From: an uncultured Collinsella sp.
Lineage (GTDB): Bacteria; Actinomycetota; Coriobacteriia; Coriobacteriales; Coriobacteriaceae
DNA: 64,000 nt
NCBI GenBank assembly: GCA_902496115.1
Contig: CABUZK010000007.1
Location: forward strand, 2,256-66,255
Direction of reading: 5' to 3'
Shown here: piece after piece, positions 8,052 to 17,672 of the stretch
How positions within the stretch are numbered: the stretch's first letter is position 1
Layout of the letters: the number at the start of each line of letters is the position of its first letter
Notes under the pieces: generated by a model
Told to the model about the DNA's origin: nothing
Seen by the model: only the letters and a program-made list of their open reading frames with translations
The model's database searches: none
Translations under genes and position numbers: made by a program

Positions 8052-8852
8052 CTACGGACGCTGGCCCATGCCACCCTCGAGGGTGACAGTCTCGCCGTTC
8101 ATGTACTTAAAGTCGGGACCGCAGAGCTGAACGACCACGCGGCCGATTTCCTTCTCGACATCGCCATAGTGGCCCGCCGGCGGCATATGGACGTTGGCCT
8201 TGAACGCCTCGGGATAGGCATCCTGGAAGTTCTCGAGCGCAGCGGTCCAAGCAAGCGGGCACACGATGTTGACGTTGATGCCGTCCTTGCCCCACTCGTT
8301 GGCGGCAACGCGGGTCAAGCCGCGGATGCCCTCCTTGGCGGCGGCATAGCTGCACTGGCCGTAGTTGCCAAACAGGCCGGCGCCCGAAGCAAAGTTGACC
8401 ACGGAGCCCTTGGTCTCCTTCAGGTGCGGATAGGCCTTCTGCATGTACAGATAGGTGGCATACAGACCGGAATAAATGGCCAGGTTAAACTGATCCATGG
8501 TGTGGTCGGCGATGGTCACGCCCGAGGCGCTGGCCTGAGCATTGTTGACGACGGCGTCGATGCGGCCGAACTCCTCAATGGCCTTGTCGATGACGTTCTG
8601 AACAACGGCCTCGTTGTCCTGACCAGCCGAGACATCGGCCTGAACAGGCAGAACCTTGACGCCGTACTCGGCCTCGAGGGACTCCTTGGCAGCCTCGAGT
8701 TTGGCAACGTTGCGACCGGTAATGACGAGGTTTGCGCCCTCCTTGGCAAAAGCGATATCGATGCCGTAACCGATGGAGCCAGCGGAGCCGTCCTTAAGCG
8801 TGGCCTTGCCGCCGCCGGTGACGATCACGGTCTTACCAGTGAAAAGTCCCAT
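8052..8852 (-). CDS. SDR-family oxidoreductase (short-chain dehydrogenase)
   Basis: 266 aa with the TGGG..G.IG Rossmann motif, NNAQ, and the S...YxxxK catalytic pattern (SYAAAK). Confidence 0.85.
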   Translation of the reverse strand: MGLFTGKTVIVTGGGKATLKDGSAGSIGYGIDIAFAKEGANLVITGRNVAKLEAAKESLEAEYGVKVLPVQADVSAGQDNEAVVQNVIDKAIEEFGRIDAVVNNAQASASGVTIADHTMDQFNLAIYSGLYATYLYMQKAYPHLKETKGSVVNFASGAGLFGNYGQCSYAAAKEGIRGLTRVAANEWGKDGINVNIVCPLAWTAALENFQDAYPEAFKANVHMPPAGHYGDVEKEIGRVVVQLCGPDFKYMNGETVTLEGGMGQRP

Positions 8853-9140
8853 ACAAAGTCCTTTCGAATCGCGACGGGCACGCCCGCCGACTGCGCGTAT
8901 CCAACTTCACGCGCCAAAAGCTGAAATGCAACTTTAGCGGGTTCAAGTGAAAAATAAAGACCGCACCAGGCGAACGGCGCAACGTCATTCGGCGAAGGGA
9001 ATGTCAAGCGTAAACTGAATTTAGAGGACGAATTTTTGCTATCCAAGCGAGTCATCGAACACGTTTTGAAACTTTGCTGCGGGGCGCGGGATGTCGGCGC
9101 GAGACTTTATCATAGGGTGACAAACAACGATGAGGAGCAC

Positions 9141-10910
9141 ATGCCTATGACAGACGAGCTGGACCCCCAGACTCAACAGCATATTGATGATTCAGCAGAC
9201 GTCGCCGCAGATACTGACGCTGCGACCTGCAATGATACCGACGTCGACGACGCCACTCTGGATAACGGCGCTGCGACGGAAATCCCTACGGCCGAAGATG
9301 CCGGCGAGCAAAACGACGATTCGGCCGCTCAGGACGACGCCCCCGAAAAGGACGCCGCCCCGCAAGCAGAAGGCCCTATCGAGGTGTCTTCGGAAGAAGA
9401 GCTCGATGCCGTCATGGACTCCATGATGGATGCCGTCAAAGCGATGAAAAACGCCGTGGCCGACGCCGATATTGACGCCGAAGAAGAGGAGGCCGCCGAG
9501 GCCGCCTCGACCTTCGTGCCCGGCGAGACCCCCGTTGCCGACCAGGGCAGCACCCTGCCCTCGTTCCTGCAGCTTGAGCACCCCACCATTGGTGCCGATG
9601 CAGTCGACCCGCACGCTGCCGGCTTTTCCGTAGTCGAGGGCGGCACCGGCAGCATCGTCACGCCGCAGACGCCCGATGCGGGCACGGCGAACGCCGCTCA
9701 CCCGATCGCCCTGCACACCCCAGCAGCCAGCCGCGATCTGGGAGGCGCCGTCTCAAACACCGCCAGCGCCGTGGGCGCCTTTATCGCCCAGGGCGCCTCG
9801 GCCATGCGCGAGATGAACGCCGCAAAGAAGGCACTCGCGGACGCCCGTGCCCACCTGGCCGAACTTGAGCAGCGCATCGCCGATCAAGGCGAGGAACTCG
9901 AGACGCGTCAGGATATCGCAGGCCGCTACGACCAAATCGTCGCCGAGCAGCGCCAGACTATCGACACGGCACAAAAGGCCGCCGCGGCGGCAGAAATCGG
10001 CCGCGATACCCATGCTGCCAAGGCAACAGAGCTCAAGGCGCAGCTCGAGCAAATAAAAGAAGAGGACGATGCCACCGAGCGGCGTCTCAAAGCCGCACTC
10101 GATGCCGTGGAGGCGCGCGAAGCCAGCTCGCGCGAGACCGGTAACCGCCTCGTTCGCCGCCTCGAGGATTCCAAGCGCATCCGCGACAAGGTGCAGGCCG
10201 AGCGCGACGCCGGCGTTGCCGCAGCGCAGCAAACCGTCGATGCCACGCGCGCTCAACTCGAAACGCTGCGCCGCGAGTATGCCGAGCTGCAGCGCAATCC
10301 TTCGGCGAATCCCGCCAATTACACGGTGCGCACCAGCGAGCTTTCGATGCAGATCTCCGACACGGCCGATGCCCTGCGCAAAGCCGAGGAAGATGTCCCG
10401 CACATCACCGCCGATCTTGAGCACTCACTCGCGGCCGCCGAGCACGCCGTCGAGCAGGCACAAGCCCCCATCGCCGACGCCAGGCGTGCCCATCAGGCCG
10501 TGACGGCCGAGGCCGATGCCGCGCGCGACGAGCTGCAGACCGCAAAAGCCGCCGCCGCAACGCGCCAACGCGAACTGCGCGAGAAGATCGCCGTCGAGGA
10601 CATGGCGCGTCGAGAGCAGGAGCAGGCTATTGCCAATGCCCAGGCGGATGTAGCGCATGCGCAGTCGATCATCGAGCAGGCGACCGAGGTGCACGACCAT
10701 CCCGAGATTACCGAATCGCTCGCAGGCTCCTTGGCCCGCGATAAGGCCGAGCACGCCGAAACCGAGCGCGAAGTGGCTCAACTCGAAGCCGCCGAGGACG
10801 ACGTGCGCGAGCGTACCCGCGACTCACGCATCAAATTCACCGGAGCCATCGTCTGCATCATCGCCGTAATCCTCGTGATCGTCCTGATCGGGCTCTTCGC
10901 GAGCAAGTAA
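9141..10910 (+). CDS. Acidic N-terminus / long Ala-Glu-rich coiled-coil protein with a C-terminal transmembrane anchor
   Basis: ATG at 9141 after GAGGAG. ~590 aa of low-complexity coiled-coil ending in IVCIIAVILVIVLIGLFASK. Confidence 0.65.
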   Translation: MPMTDELDPQTQQHIDDSADVAADTDAATCNDTDVDDATLDNGAATEIPTAEDAGEQNDDSAAQDDAPEKDAAPQAEGPIEVSSEEELDAVMDSMMDAVKAMKNAVADADIDAEEEEAAEAASTFVPGETPVADQGSTLPSFLQLEHPTIGADAVDPHAAGFSVVEGGTGSIVTPQTPDAGTANAAHPIALHTPAASRDLGGAVSNTASAVGAFIAQGASAMREMNAAKKALADARAHLAELEQRIADQGEELETRQDIAGRYDQIVAEQRQTIDTAQKAAAAAEIGRDTHAAKATELKAQLEQIKEEDDATERRLKAALDAVEAREASSRETGNRLVRRLEDSKRIRDKVQAERDAGVAAAQQTVDATRAQLETLRREYAELQRNPSANPANYTVRTSELSMQISDTADALRKAEEDVPHITADLEHSLAAAEHAVEQAQAPIADARRAHQAVTAEADAARDELQTAKAAAATRQRELREKIAVEDMARREQEQAIANAQADVAHAQSIIEQATEVHDHPEITESLAGSLARDKAEHAETEREVAQLEAAEDDVRERTRDSRIKFTGAIVCIIAVILVIVLIGLFASK

Positions 10911-10936
10911 ACTAGCTGCCAAAAAACACTCAAGGC

Positions 10937-11008
10937 AGTTGCGGTGAGATAGTTCCTGTTTAGCCATCAAAAAGGCCAATTCAAGAACTATCTCACCGCA
11001 ACTTTTTT
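10937..11008 (+). terminator. Gene-terminal hairpin element, copy C, with a T-tract
   Basis: AGTTGCGGTGAGATAGTTC...GAACTATCTCACCGCAACTTTTTT. Same architecture and loop motif (GGCC.A.TCA) as copies A/B, but the stem sequence covaries. Confidence 0.75.
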
Positions 11009-11135
11009 ATTGGTGCAAAGGGGTCAGGCTACTTTGCACCAACTTGGTGTATATAGACCAGTCCCCATTGCACCAACAACGTTTGCCCAGATAAAACCCG
11101 CCAAAATAAACCTGTCCCTTTTTGGCAGGTTGAAT

Positions 11136-11307
11136 CACGGCAACGCCAATGTTTAGGCGAAGTCAGCGAAAACGCCCCTAAGCGAGCAAGGTGACGTGAA
11201 AGAGGAGGGCATTGACCTTCTGGTCATGCCCGACGATTGAACGTCAGATTGCCGCTTAGGGGCGTTTGCAGCGTCGAGCAGTTACGCGGTTCGTAGAACC
11301 GCGTAAC
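11136..11307. repeat. Structured ~175-nt element, copy 2
   Basis: Same conserved blocks as 7875-8049. A 15-bp perfect stem pairs 11170-11184 with 11253-11267, with an unrelated sequence at the same position. The terminal hairpin 11281-11307 overlaps the queA stop codon. Confidence 0.7.
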
Positions 11308-12524
11308 TAACAAATGAGCATGGCGTCGCCAAAGCTGAAGAAGCGGTAGCGCTCCTCGATAGCGGCAGCGTAGGCATCCATGATCTGGTCGCGGGAGGCA
11401 AGCGCGCTGACGAGCATCATGAGCGTAGAGCGCGGCACGTGGAAGTTGGTGATCAGCGCGTCGACCACGTGATAGGTCGAGCCGGGCATGAGGTAGAGCT
11501 GCGTTGTCGCGTTCTCACGCACCACGATGTCACCGCGGCCGAGCGTGTCGGCCCCGTCCTCGCGGCCTTCAAAATAGCGCGCCGTCACGGCCGGATCGGA
11601 CACCGGTGCCTCAGCGTCAAACGCGCTCTCGAGCGAGCGCACTGCGGTGGTGCCGACGGCGATCACGCGGTGCCCCTCGGCCTTCGCCTTATGCACGGCG
11701 TCGACAACCTCCTGCGACACGTGGTAGCGCTCGGTGTGCATGACGTGCTGTGTAGGGTCGTCCTCCTCCACCAAGCGGAAGGTATCAATGCCCACCTCGA
11801 GCTCGACAGCGGCAAACTTCGCACCCTTGGCCTCGATAGCGGCCATGAGCTCGGGAGTAAAGTGCAGGCCCGCCGTGGGAGCAGCAGCCGAGTGCTCCTC
11901 CTTCATGGCGTAGACGGTCTGGTACTTCTCGGGATCGCCCTCGTAATCGGTAATGTAGGGCGGCAGCGGAACGTGGCCGGCAGCATGGATGGCCTCGTCG
12001 AGCGTGCGCGGGTCGCCGGCGGCATTGCACCCGGCCGGCTCAAAGCGCACCAGGCGGCCACCGCGGCTATCGGTGACAAAGTCGACAACCTCGGCTGTCA
12101 GCACCACGGGAGCCCCCTCGGGCGCATGGGCGCCACCGGCGCGATACTCAATCTGAGCACCGGGCTTCAGACGCTTGCCCGGCTTGACCAGGCACTCCCA
12201 AACGTGACCCAGCGGGTCAACATCTTCGCGGCGCTTGAGCAGCAGCGTCTCGACCACGCCACCCGAGCCGGCTTTGCGACCGATCAGGCGGGCCGGCATC
12301 ACGCGCGTCTTGTTGATGACGAGCACATCGCCTGGCTCGATATAGTCGATGATATCGCGGAAGATACGGTGCTCAACGGTACCGCCGTGCTCCAGCGGCG
12401 TTCCCGCCTGGGAGCCCTTGCGATCCACCACCAGCAGACGGCAGGAGTCACGCGGCTCGGCAGGCGCCTGGGCGATCAGTTCCTCAGGAAGGTTGTAGTC
12501 AAAATCATCGGTACGCATAGACAC
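11307..12524 (-). CDS. queA: S-adenosylmethionine:tRNA ribosyltransferase-isomerase
   Basis: 405 aa. DDFDYNLPEELIAQAPAEPRDSCRLLVV is the QueA N-terminus. GTG start at 12524 lies 8 nt after AAGGAG. Confidence 0.93.
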   Translation of the reverse strand: MSMRTDDFDYNLPEELIAQAPAEPRDSCRLLVVDRKGSQAGTPLEHGGTVEHRIFRDIIDYIEPGDVLVINKTRVMPARLIGRKAGSGGVVETLLLKRREDVDPLGHVWECLVKPGKRLKPGAQIEYRAGGAHAPEGAPVVLTAEVVDFVTDSRGGRLVRFEPAGCNAAGDPRTLDEAIHAAGHVPLPPYITDYEGDPEKYQTVYAMKEEHSAAAPTAGLHFTPELMAAIEAKGAKFAAVELEVGIDTFRLVEEDDPTQHVMHTERYHVSQEVVDAVHKAKAEGHRVIAVGTTAVRSLESAFDAEAPVSDPAVTARYFEGREDGADTLGRGDIVVRENATTQLYLMPGSTYHVVDALITNFHVPRSTLMMLVSALASRDQIMDAYAAAIEERYRFFSFGDAMLIC

Positions 12525-12588
12525 GTCGGATACTCCTTATATAGCTAAAGTCCGCTCTACATCCTAGCAGGCTGACGTCCCAAGTGAA

Positions 12589-13164
12589 CTACTTTTTGGA
12601 CGCTTTGCGCTCGTCGCGGATGCGGGCTCGATCCATGGCCGCCTCGACGGCCGAGAATCGGCAGCCGCAATAATTCTGCCGATACATGCCCAGCTCGCGC
12701 GAACGACGCGTGGCCTCGGGGTAATACGGGCGAAAATCGCGAATCACCGGAGTGAGACCGCGGGCGGCAGCCAGACGCTCCAACACATCATTGCAGGTTT
12801 CGAACAACTGATACGGCGAGACGGCGAGCGTCGTGCCCACAAACTCAAACCCACGCTCCTGAGCCACACGGCATGCCTCGGCCAGACGCAGGGCATAGCA
12901 CGCGCGACAGCGACGGGGTCGATCGGCGCCCAGCGGGGCCACGCCGACCTCCCAGCGCTCGCGGTCCTCCCCCGCCTCGATGAGCTCGATGTCGCCATCG
13001 GCACACCACCGGCGCAGCTCGTCCAAGCGCCGCTGCCATTCATCGTGAGGCTGAATATTAGGGTTTGTCCAGCAGATTGTGGGTTCAAACCCCTCCTCGC
13101 GCAGCAGACGAACCGGCTCAAGCGAGCACGGCGCACAGCAAGCGTGCAACAACAACGGCTTCAT
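12589..13164 (-). CDS. queH: Epoxyqueuosine reductase QueH (DUF208)
   Basis: MKPLLLHACCAPCS..., CRACYALRL and YCGCRF Cys motifs are typical of QueH. The start is ambiguous (13164/13170/13182). 13164 gives the best spacing from GGAGAGGAG. Confidence 0.8.
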   Translation of the reverse strand: MKPLLLHACCAPCSLEPVRLLREEGFEPTICWTNPNIQPHDEWQRRLDELRRWCADGDIELIEAGEDRERWEVGVAPLGADRPRRCRACYALRLAEACRVAQERGFEFVGTTLAVSPYQLFETCNDVLERLAAARGLTPVIRDFRPYYPEATRRSRELGMYRQNYCGCRFSAVEAAMDRARIRDERKASKK

Positions 13165-13184
13165 GGACATCTCCTCTCCCACAA

Positions 13185-13258
13185 TGATTTTTCTGGGACG
13201 GGGATTAAAAAATCATTGCGTACCTAATGATTTTTTAATCCCCGTCCCAGAAAAATCA
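13185..13258. repeat. 33-bp perfect AT-rich palindrome with an 8-nt loop
   Basis: ATGATTTTTCTGGGACGGGGATTAAAAAATCATT ... AATGATTTTTTAATCCCCGTCCCAGAAAAATCAT. It lies between the stop of the DUF3267 gene and the queH RBS. Confidence 0.8.
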
Positions 13259-13269
13259 TCCCAAAAAGA

Positions 13270-13839
13270 CTACCTTGCGAAAAAACGCACGCCAAAGGAT
13301 GTGTCCTCGCAGGCGGCAATGCGACGGTCGCGCAGGATGGTCCGCACGTAATACCAATCGCCCACACAGCCCGACAAATGCAAGCCGGCCGCCAGGTAGC
13401 ACAGCAGCGGATAGCCCGAGAACGCAAACCCCAGGGCAAACGCCACCGTCAAGGCAACCGTCGGCGCCAGGCAAACCGCCACGTACCGCCGGCGCGAATA
13501 CACAACGCCCTCGGCGCAGGCATAGATCATCGCCGTCTCGCGATTCGCCCCAAAGGTCACCTTCGCGCCCGCAGGTGCCAGCAGCTTAAAAAACACACCG
13601 TGCACCAGCTCGTGCACGGCAAATGACACCGCCGAAACCGCAGCCAAGCCGACTATCCAGCCCAAAACGGCCGTCCAGCCACCCGCGTCAGCCGCATCCA
13701 AGTCCGCGGGCCCGCCCAGCAGCATAAACACCGGCACCAGGCACACGGCAAATGCGCCAAGCACTGCCATCCCCCACACAAAGCAGGCGTGCAGAAAATC
13801 CTCGTCCTCAAACGCATGTATGTTGGAAATCTCATTCAT
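13270..13839 (-). CDS. DUF3267-like membrane protein with an HExxH motif (putative zincin peptidase)
   Basis: 189 aa, multiple TM segments, AVHELVHGVFFK. Confidence 0.7.
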   Translation of the reverse strand: MNEISNIHAFEDEDFLHACFVWGMAVLGAFAVCLVPVFMLLGGPADLDAADAGGWTAVLGWIVGLAAVSAVSFAVHELVHGVFFKLLAPAGAKVTFGANRETAMIYACAEGVVYSRRRYVAVCLAPTVALTVAFALGFAFSGYPLLCYLAAGLHLSGCVGDWYYVRTILRDRRIAACEDTSFGVRFFAR

Positions 13840-13971
13840 AGCATCTTAGGATAGCGCCCCTGCCACGTACCCGTCCGCATGTGCGATAATGTCGAACGAT
13901 ATGCACGAATTGACCACCGCGTCGCCAGGCCTTGCGCCCGGCCGCGCTCTCACCATATGCGAAGGAGTCCC

Positions 13972-16122
13972 ATGGCATCCAAATACTCCATGAACGACCG
14001 TCCCAGCTGGCCTCGCCGCGCCATCGTTACCGCCGGCGAGCCCTACGGCAACAAGGGCCTTCACTTTGGCCACGTTGGTGGCGTCTTTGTCCCGGCCGAC
14101 TTCTTCGCCCGCTTCCTGCGCGACCGTCTGGGCCGCGAGAACGTCATCTTCACCTCGGGCACCGACTGCTACGGCTCACCCATCATGGAGAGCTACCGCA
14201 AGCTCAAGGAAAACGAAGGCTACGACAAGTCCATTAGCGAGTACGTCGAGTCCAATCACTCCCGCCAGGCCGCGACCCTCAACAACTACAACATCAGCTG
14301 CGATATCTACGGCGGCTCGGGCCTTGAGCCGGCTGCGCAGATTCACAACGAGGTGACCGCCGAGATTATCGAGCGCCTGCACGAGCAGGGCACCATCTCC
14401 AAGCGCTCCACGCTGCAGTTCTACGATGCCAAGGCCGGCACGTTCCTCAACGGCCGTCAGGTGATCGGCCGCTGCCCCATTCAGGGCTGCAAGTCCGAGA
14501 AGGCGTACGCCGACGAGTGCGACCTGGGTCACCAGTTTGAGCCCGAGGAGCTCATCGCGCCCAAGAGCCAGCTCACCGGCGAGGTGCCCGAGCTGCGCCC
14601 GGTCGACAACCTCTACTTCGACCTGCCGGCCTACCTCGACTTTATGAAGACTTACACCGCCAAGCTCGCCCAGAACCCGCAGGTTCGCTCCGTGGTCTCC
14701 AAGACCATGGAGGAGTGGCTGCTGCCGGCACAGCTCTACATCCAGAACAAGTTCCGCGAGGCCTTCGACGCCGTCGAGGACCAGCTGCCCGAGCACACCG
14801 TGCTGGAGCCCGAGGGCAATAAGAGCAGCTTTACCGTCACCTTCCCCAGCTGGAAGGAGCGCGACGACGCCCATGCGGTGCTCGCCAACGGCGGCGTACG
14901 CTTCCGTAGCGGCAAGGCGCTCGTGCCCTTCCGCATCACCGGCAACATTGACTGGGGCGTTCCGGTGCCCGAGGTCGACGGCGTGAACGACGTCACCTGC
15001 TGGTGCTGGCCCGAGAGCCTGTGGGCGCCCATCAGCTATACGCGCACCGTGCTCGCACGCGATGCCAAGGCCGCCGGCGTAACTGAGGGTGTCGCCGCCC
15101 AGGATGCCGCCCTCATGGGCGAGCCCGCCGCCGATTCCACGCAGGTCCCCGCGCCCACCTACCAGCACAGCTCGCTCGACTGGCGCGACTGGTGGTGCTC
15201 GGACGACGCACAGATCTACCAGTTCATCGGCCAGGACAACATCTACTTCTACTGCATCGCGCAGACCGCCATGTGGGAGGCCCTGGGCTGGAACCTCACG
15301 CAGAGCACCGTCAGCGCCTGCTACCACCTGCTCTACATGGGTAAAAAGGCCAGCTCGTCCTCGCAGACGCCTCCCCCGCCGGCAGACGACCTGCTCAACC
15401 ACTACACCTGCGAGCAGATGCGCGCGCATTGGCTGTCGCTCGGCCTGTCCGAGAAGCCGGTGAGCTTTAGCCCCAAGGCATACGACACGCGCGTGACCGG
15501 CAAGGACAAGGACGGCAACGAGGTGCGCGCCTGCGACGACAAGCGCGTCATCGATCCGGCCCTTAAGGAGAGCGCGCTATTGACCGGAGTGTTCAACCGT
15601 CTAGCCCGCAGCTGCTTCTACGGCGTCGCCGTCAAGGAGGGCGACGAGAGCCCCTATCGCAACGGTTGCATTCCGGCCGGTGCCGCCTCTGCCGCCGTGG
15701 TCGAGGCTGCCGAGCAGGCCGCCCTTGCCTTTGAGCAGGCCATGTACAAGTTCGAGACGCACCGCGCGCTCGCCGTGTGCGACGACTACCTGCGCGCCGC
15801 CAACAAGCGTTGGAGCGATGCCTCCAAGGCCGCCAACAAGCTCGAGGGCGAGCCGGCCAACGCCGCCATGAAGCAGGCCCTGGTCGACGCCTTTACCGAG
15901 CTGCGCGTGGCGACCGTCCTGATGCACGGCATCGTCCCGGCCGGCTGCGAGCTCATCTGCGAGTACTTCGGCATCGATCCGGTCGCCTTCTTTAGCTGGG
16001 ACAACATCTTTGCCTCCACGGACGAGTTTGTGGAGAGCCTGGGCGAGAAGCCCGGCGAGCACCGCGTTAAGCCGCTGCCCCCGCGCTTCGACTTCTTTAG
16101 CAAGCACGAGAGCCAGTACTAA
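13972..16122 (+). CDS. metG: Methionine--tRNA ligase (class I aaRS)
   Basis: ATG at 13972 after GAAGGAG. HIGH-type motif GLHFGHVGG, GTDCYGSPI, a Zn-knuckle-like GRCPIQGCKSEKAYADECDLGHQFEPEELI, a KMSKS-like GKKASSS and an anticodon-binding C-terminus. Confidence 0.8.
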   Translation: MASKYSMNDRPSWPRRAIVTAGEPYGNKGLHFGHVGGVFVPADFFARFLRDRLGRENVIFTSGTDCYGSPIMESYRKLKENEGYDKSISEYVESNHSRQAATLNNYNISCDIYGGSGLEPAAQIHNEVTAEIIERLHEQGTISKRSTLQFYDAKAGTFLNGRQVIGRCPIQGCKSEKAYADECDLGHQFEPEELIAPKSQLTGEVPELRPVDNLYFDLPAYLDFMKTYTAKLAQNPQVRSVVSKTMEEWLLPAQLYIQNKFREAFDAVEDQLPEHTVLEPEGNKSSFTVTFPSWKERDDAHAVLANGGVRFRSGKALVPFRITGNIDWGVPVPEVDGVNDVTCWCWPESLWAPISYTRTVLARDAKAAGVTEGVAAQDAALMGEPAADSTQVPAPTYQHSSLDWRDWWCSDDAQIYQFIGQDNIYFYCIAQTAMWEALGWNLTQSTVSACYHLLYMGKKASSSSQTPPPPADDLLNHYTCEQMRAHWLSLGLSEKPVSFSPKAYDTRVTGKDKDGNEVRACDDKRVIDPALKESALLTGVFNRLARSCFYGVAVKEGDESPYRNGCIPAGAASAAVVEAAEQAALAFEQAMYKFETHRALAVCDDYLRAANKRWSDASKAANKLEGEPANAAMKQALVDAFTELRVATVLMHGIVPAGCELICEYFGIDPVAFFSWDNIFASTDEFVESLGEKPGEHRVKPLPPRFDFFSKHESQY

Positions 16123-16181
16123 AGCACGCCAGCAGCAGCGTACCCGGAAAGTAGTCAAATTGGGACGGGAAGGAAAGACGG

Positions 16182-17285
16182 ATGTCCAAGCCGCGTCGTC
16201 GTAAGCAGAAAAAGCAGGTTAAGCCCGAGCTCAAGCTCAGGCAGTTTGCCGCCACCGAGCTTTCCGACCAGCTTGCCGCCCTTCCCTGCGCCATCGACCT
16301 GCCGCGCTTTATGGTCGACACGATTGCTGGCGCCTATACGCCTGCCGATGCCGAGCTCGTGATTGAGGGCTTTGGCGCCGCAGCCACGCGCCCGGTCACG
16401 CTGCGCGCCAACACGCTCAAGGCGACCGCCGAAGACATCGCCGCCGCGCTCGACGCAGCCGACATCGCCCACCGCCCCGTTGCCTGGTACCCGGATGCCT
16501 TCATCCTGCCCGAAGCCCAAGTTTCCGACCTGTGGGACCTCGACATCTACCGTGACGGCAAGATCTACCTGCAGAGTCTGTCGTCCATGATGCCTCCTTT
16601 GGTGCTGGGCGCGCAGGCCGGCGAGGATATCTTGGACATGTGCGCGGCCCCCGGCGGCAAGACGACGCAGATCGCCGCCCTCACCCAGGGCCAGGCGCAC
16701 CTCACCGCCTGCGAGATGAGCATTCCCCGCGCCGAAAAGCTCGAGGCCAACTTGGGCCGCCAGGGCGCCAAAAACGTGCCCGTCATGCGTATTGACGCGC
16801 GCGAGCTTGACGAGTTCTTCCGCTTTGACCGTATCCTGCTCGACGCCCCCTGTACCGGTACGGGCACCGTCATCAGCGGCAACGAGAAAAGTCTGCGCGG
16901 CCTTACCGAGCAGCTGCTCATTAAGTGTGCCCGCTCGCAGCGCGCGCTTCTGGACCGCGCCATGGGGGCCCTCAAACCGGGCGGCACGCTGGTCTATTCG
17001 ACGTGTTCGATCTTGCCGCAGGAAAACGAGGACGCCCTGCAAGAGGCCCTCGACAAGCACATGGACTGTGAGCTCATCCCCCTCGACGGCACGCCGAGTG
17101 AAAGTGAAGCGCGTCGCACACAGGATACCGGCGACAAGCCGCATATCGAGCGCAACGCCCTTACCGAAGCCATTGCCGCGGGTCACATCTCGGCCATTGC
17201 CAACGGCATGCCAGGCACGCTGACCATTCCGCCCAGTCGCGACTTTGAGGGCTTCTATATCGCCCTGGTCCGAAAACGCAGCTAG
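16182..17285 (+). CDS. RsmB/NOP-family SAM-dependent RNA (cytosine-C5) methyltransferase
   Basis: DMCAAPGGKTT, DRILLDAPCTGTG and GGTLVYSTCS motifs. Confidence 0.85.
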   Translation: MSKPRRRKQKKQVKPELKLRQFAATELSDQLAALPCAIDLPRFMVDTIAGAYTPADAELVIEGFGAAATRPVTLRANTLKATAEDIAAALDAADIAHRPVAWYPDAFILPEAQVSDLWDLDIYRDGKIYLQSLSSMMPPLVLGAQAGEDILDMCAAPGGKTTQIAALTQGQAHLTACEMSIPRAEKLEANLGRQGAKNVPVMRIDARELDEFFRFDRILLDAPCTGTGTVISGNEKSLRGLTEQLLIKCARSQRALLDRAMGALKPGGTLVYSTCSILPQENEDALQEALDKHMDCELIPLDGTPSESEARRTQDTGDKPHIERNALTEAIAAGHISAIANGMPGTLTIPPSRDFEGFYIALVRKRS

Positions 17286-17309
17286 CGCACGGATTCAAAA
17301 CTCAACAAG

Positions 17310-17480
17310 CTATCGCCGTGCGCACTTGTCCTGCTGGTCCTTATGCCGCGCAAGCGCTTCACGCTCCTTGCGCTCGGCCTTTTTGCCCTTAATGGCCGTA
17401 ACCACAAAGTAGATGACCGCGGCGGCAACGATTGCGCCCACGCATAGGCCAATCGAGCCCAACATTGCCGAAAATTCCAT
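17310..17480 (-). CDS. Small (56-aa) single-pass membrane protein; below the ORF-track cutoff
   Basis: My own translation is MEFSAMLGSIGLCVGAIVAAAVIYFVVTAIKGKKAERKEREALARHKDQQDKCARR. A GAGAGGTG RBS-like sequence lies upstream. One TM helix plus a basic tail. Confidence 0.5.
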   Translation of the reverse strand: MEFSAMLGSIGLCVGAIVAAAVIYFVVTAIKGKKAERKEREALARHKDQQDKCARR

Positions 17481-17672
17481 ACCGCGTCACCTCTCTTTTG
17501 CATACGGGACATTCAAGATAGCACCTCGATTCCCGCCACCACAGCTCCTTCACGTTCGCCGGCCCTTCAGTCTAACGGATGGCGCAGCGGGGAAAAATCA
17601 ACTCGTCAAACGATTTAGCACTCGCAACGCCGGTCGTACACTGCCGACCGCAGAACATAGAAATGGACCGCC

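Noticed and set aside
13079-13100. tRNA-like GGTTCAAACCCC (T-arm-like) motif.
   Set aside because: It lies inside the queH coding sequence and no acceptor or anticodon arms can be drawn around it.
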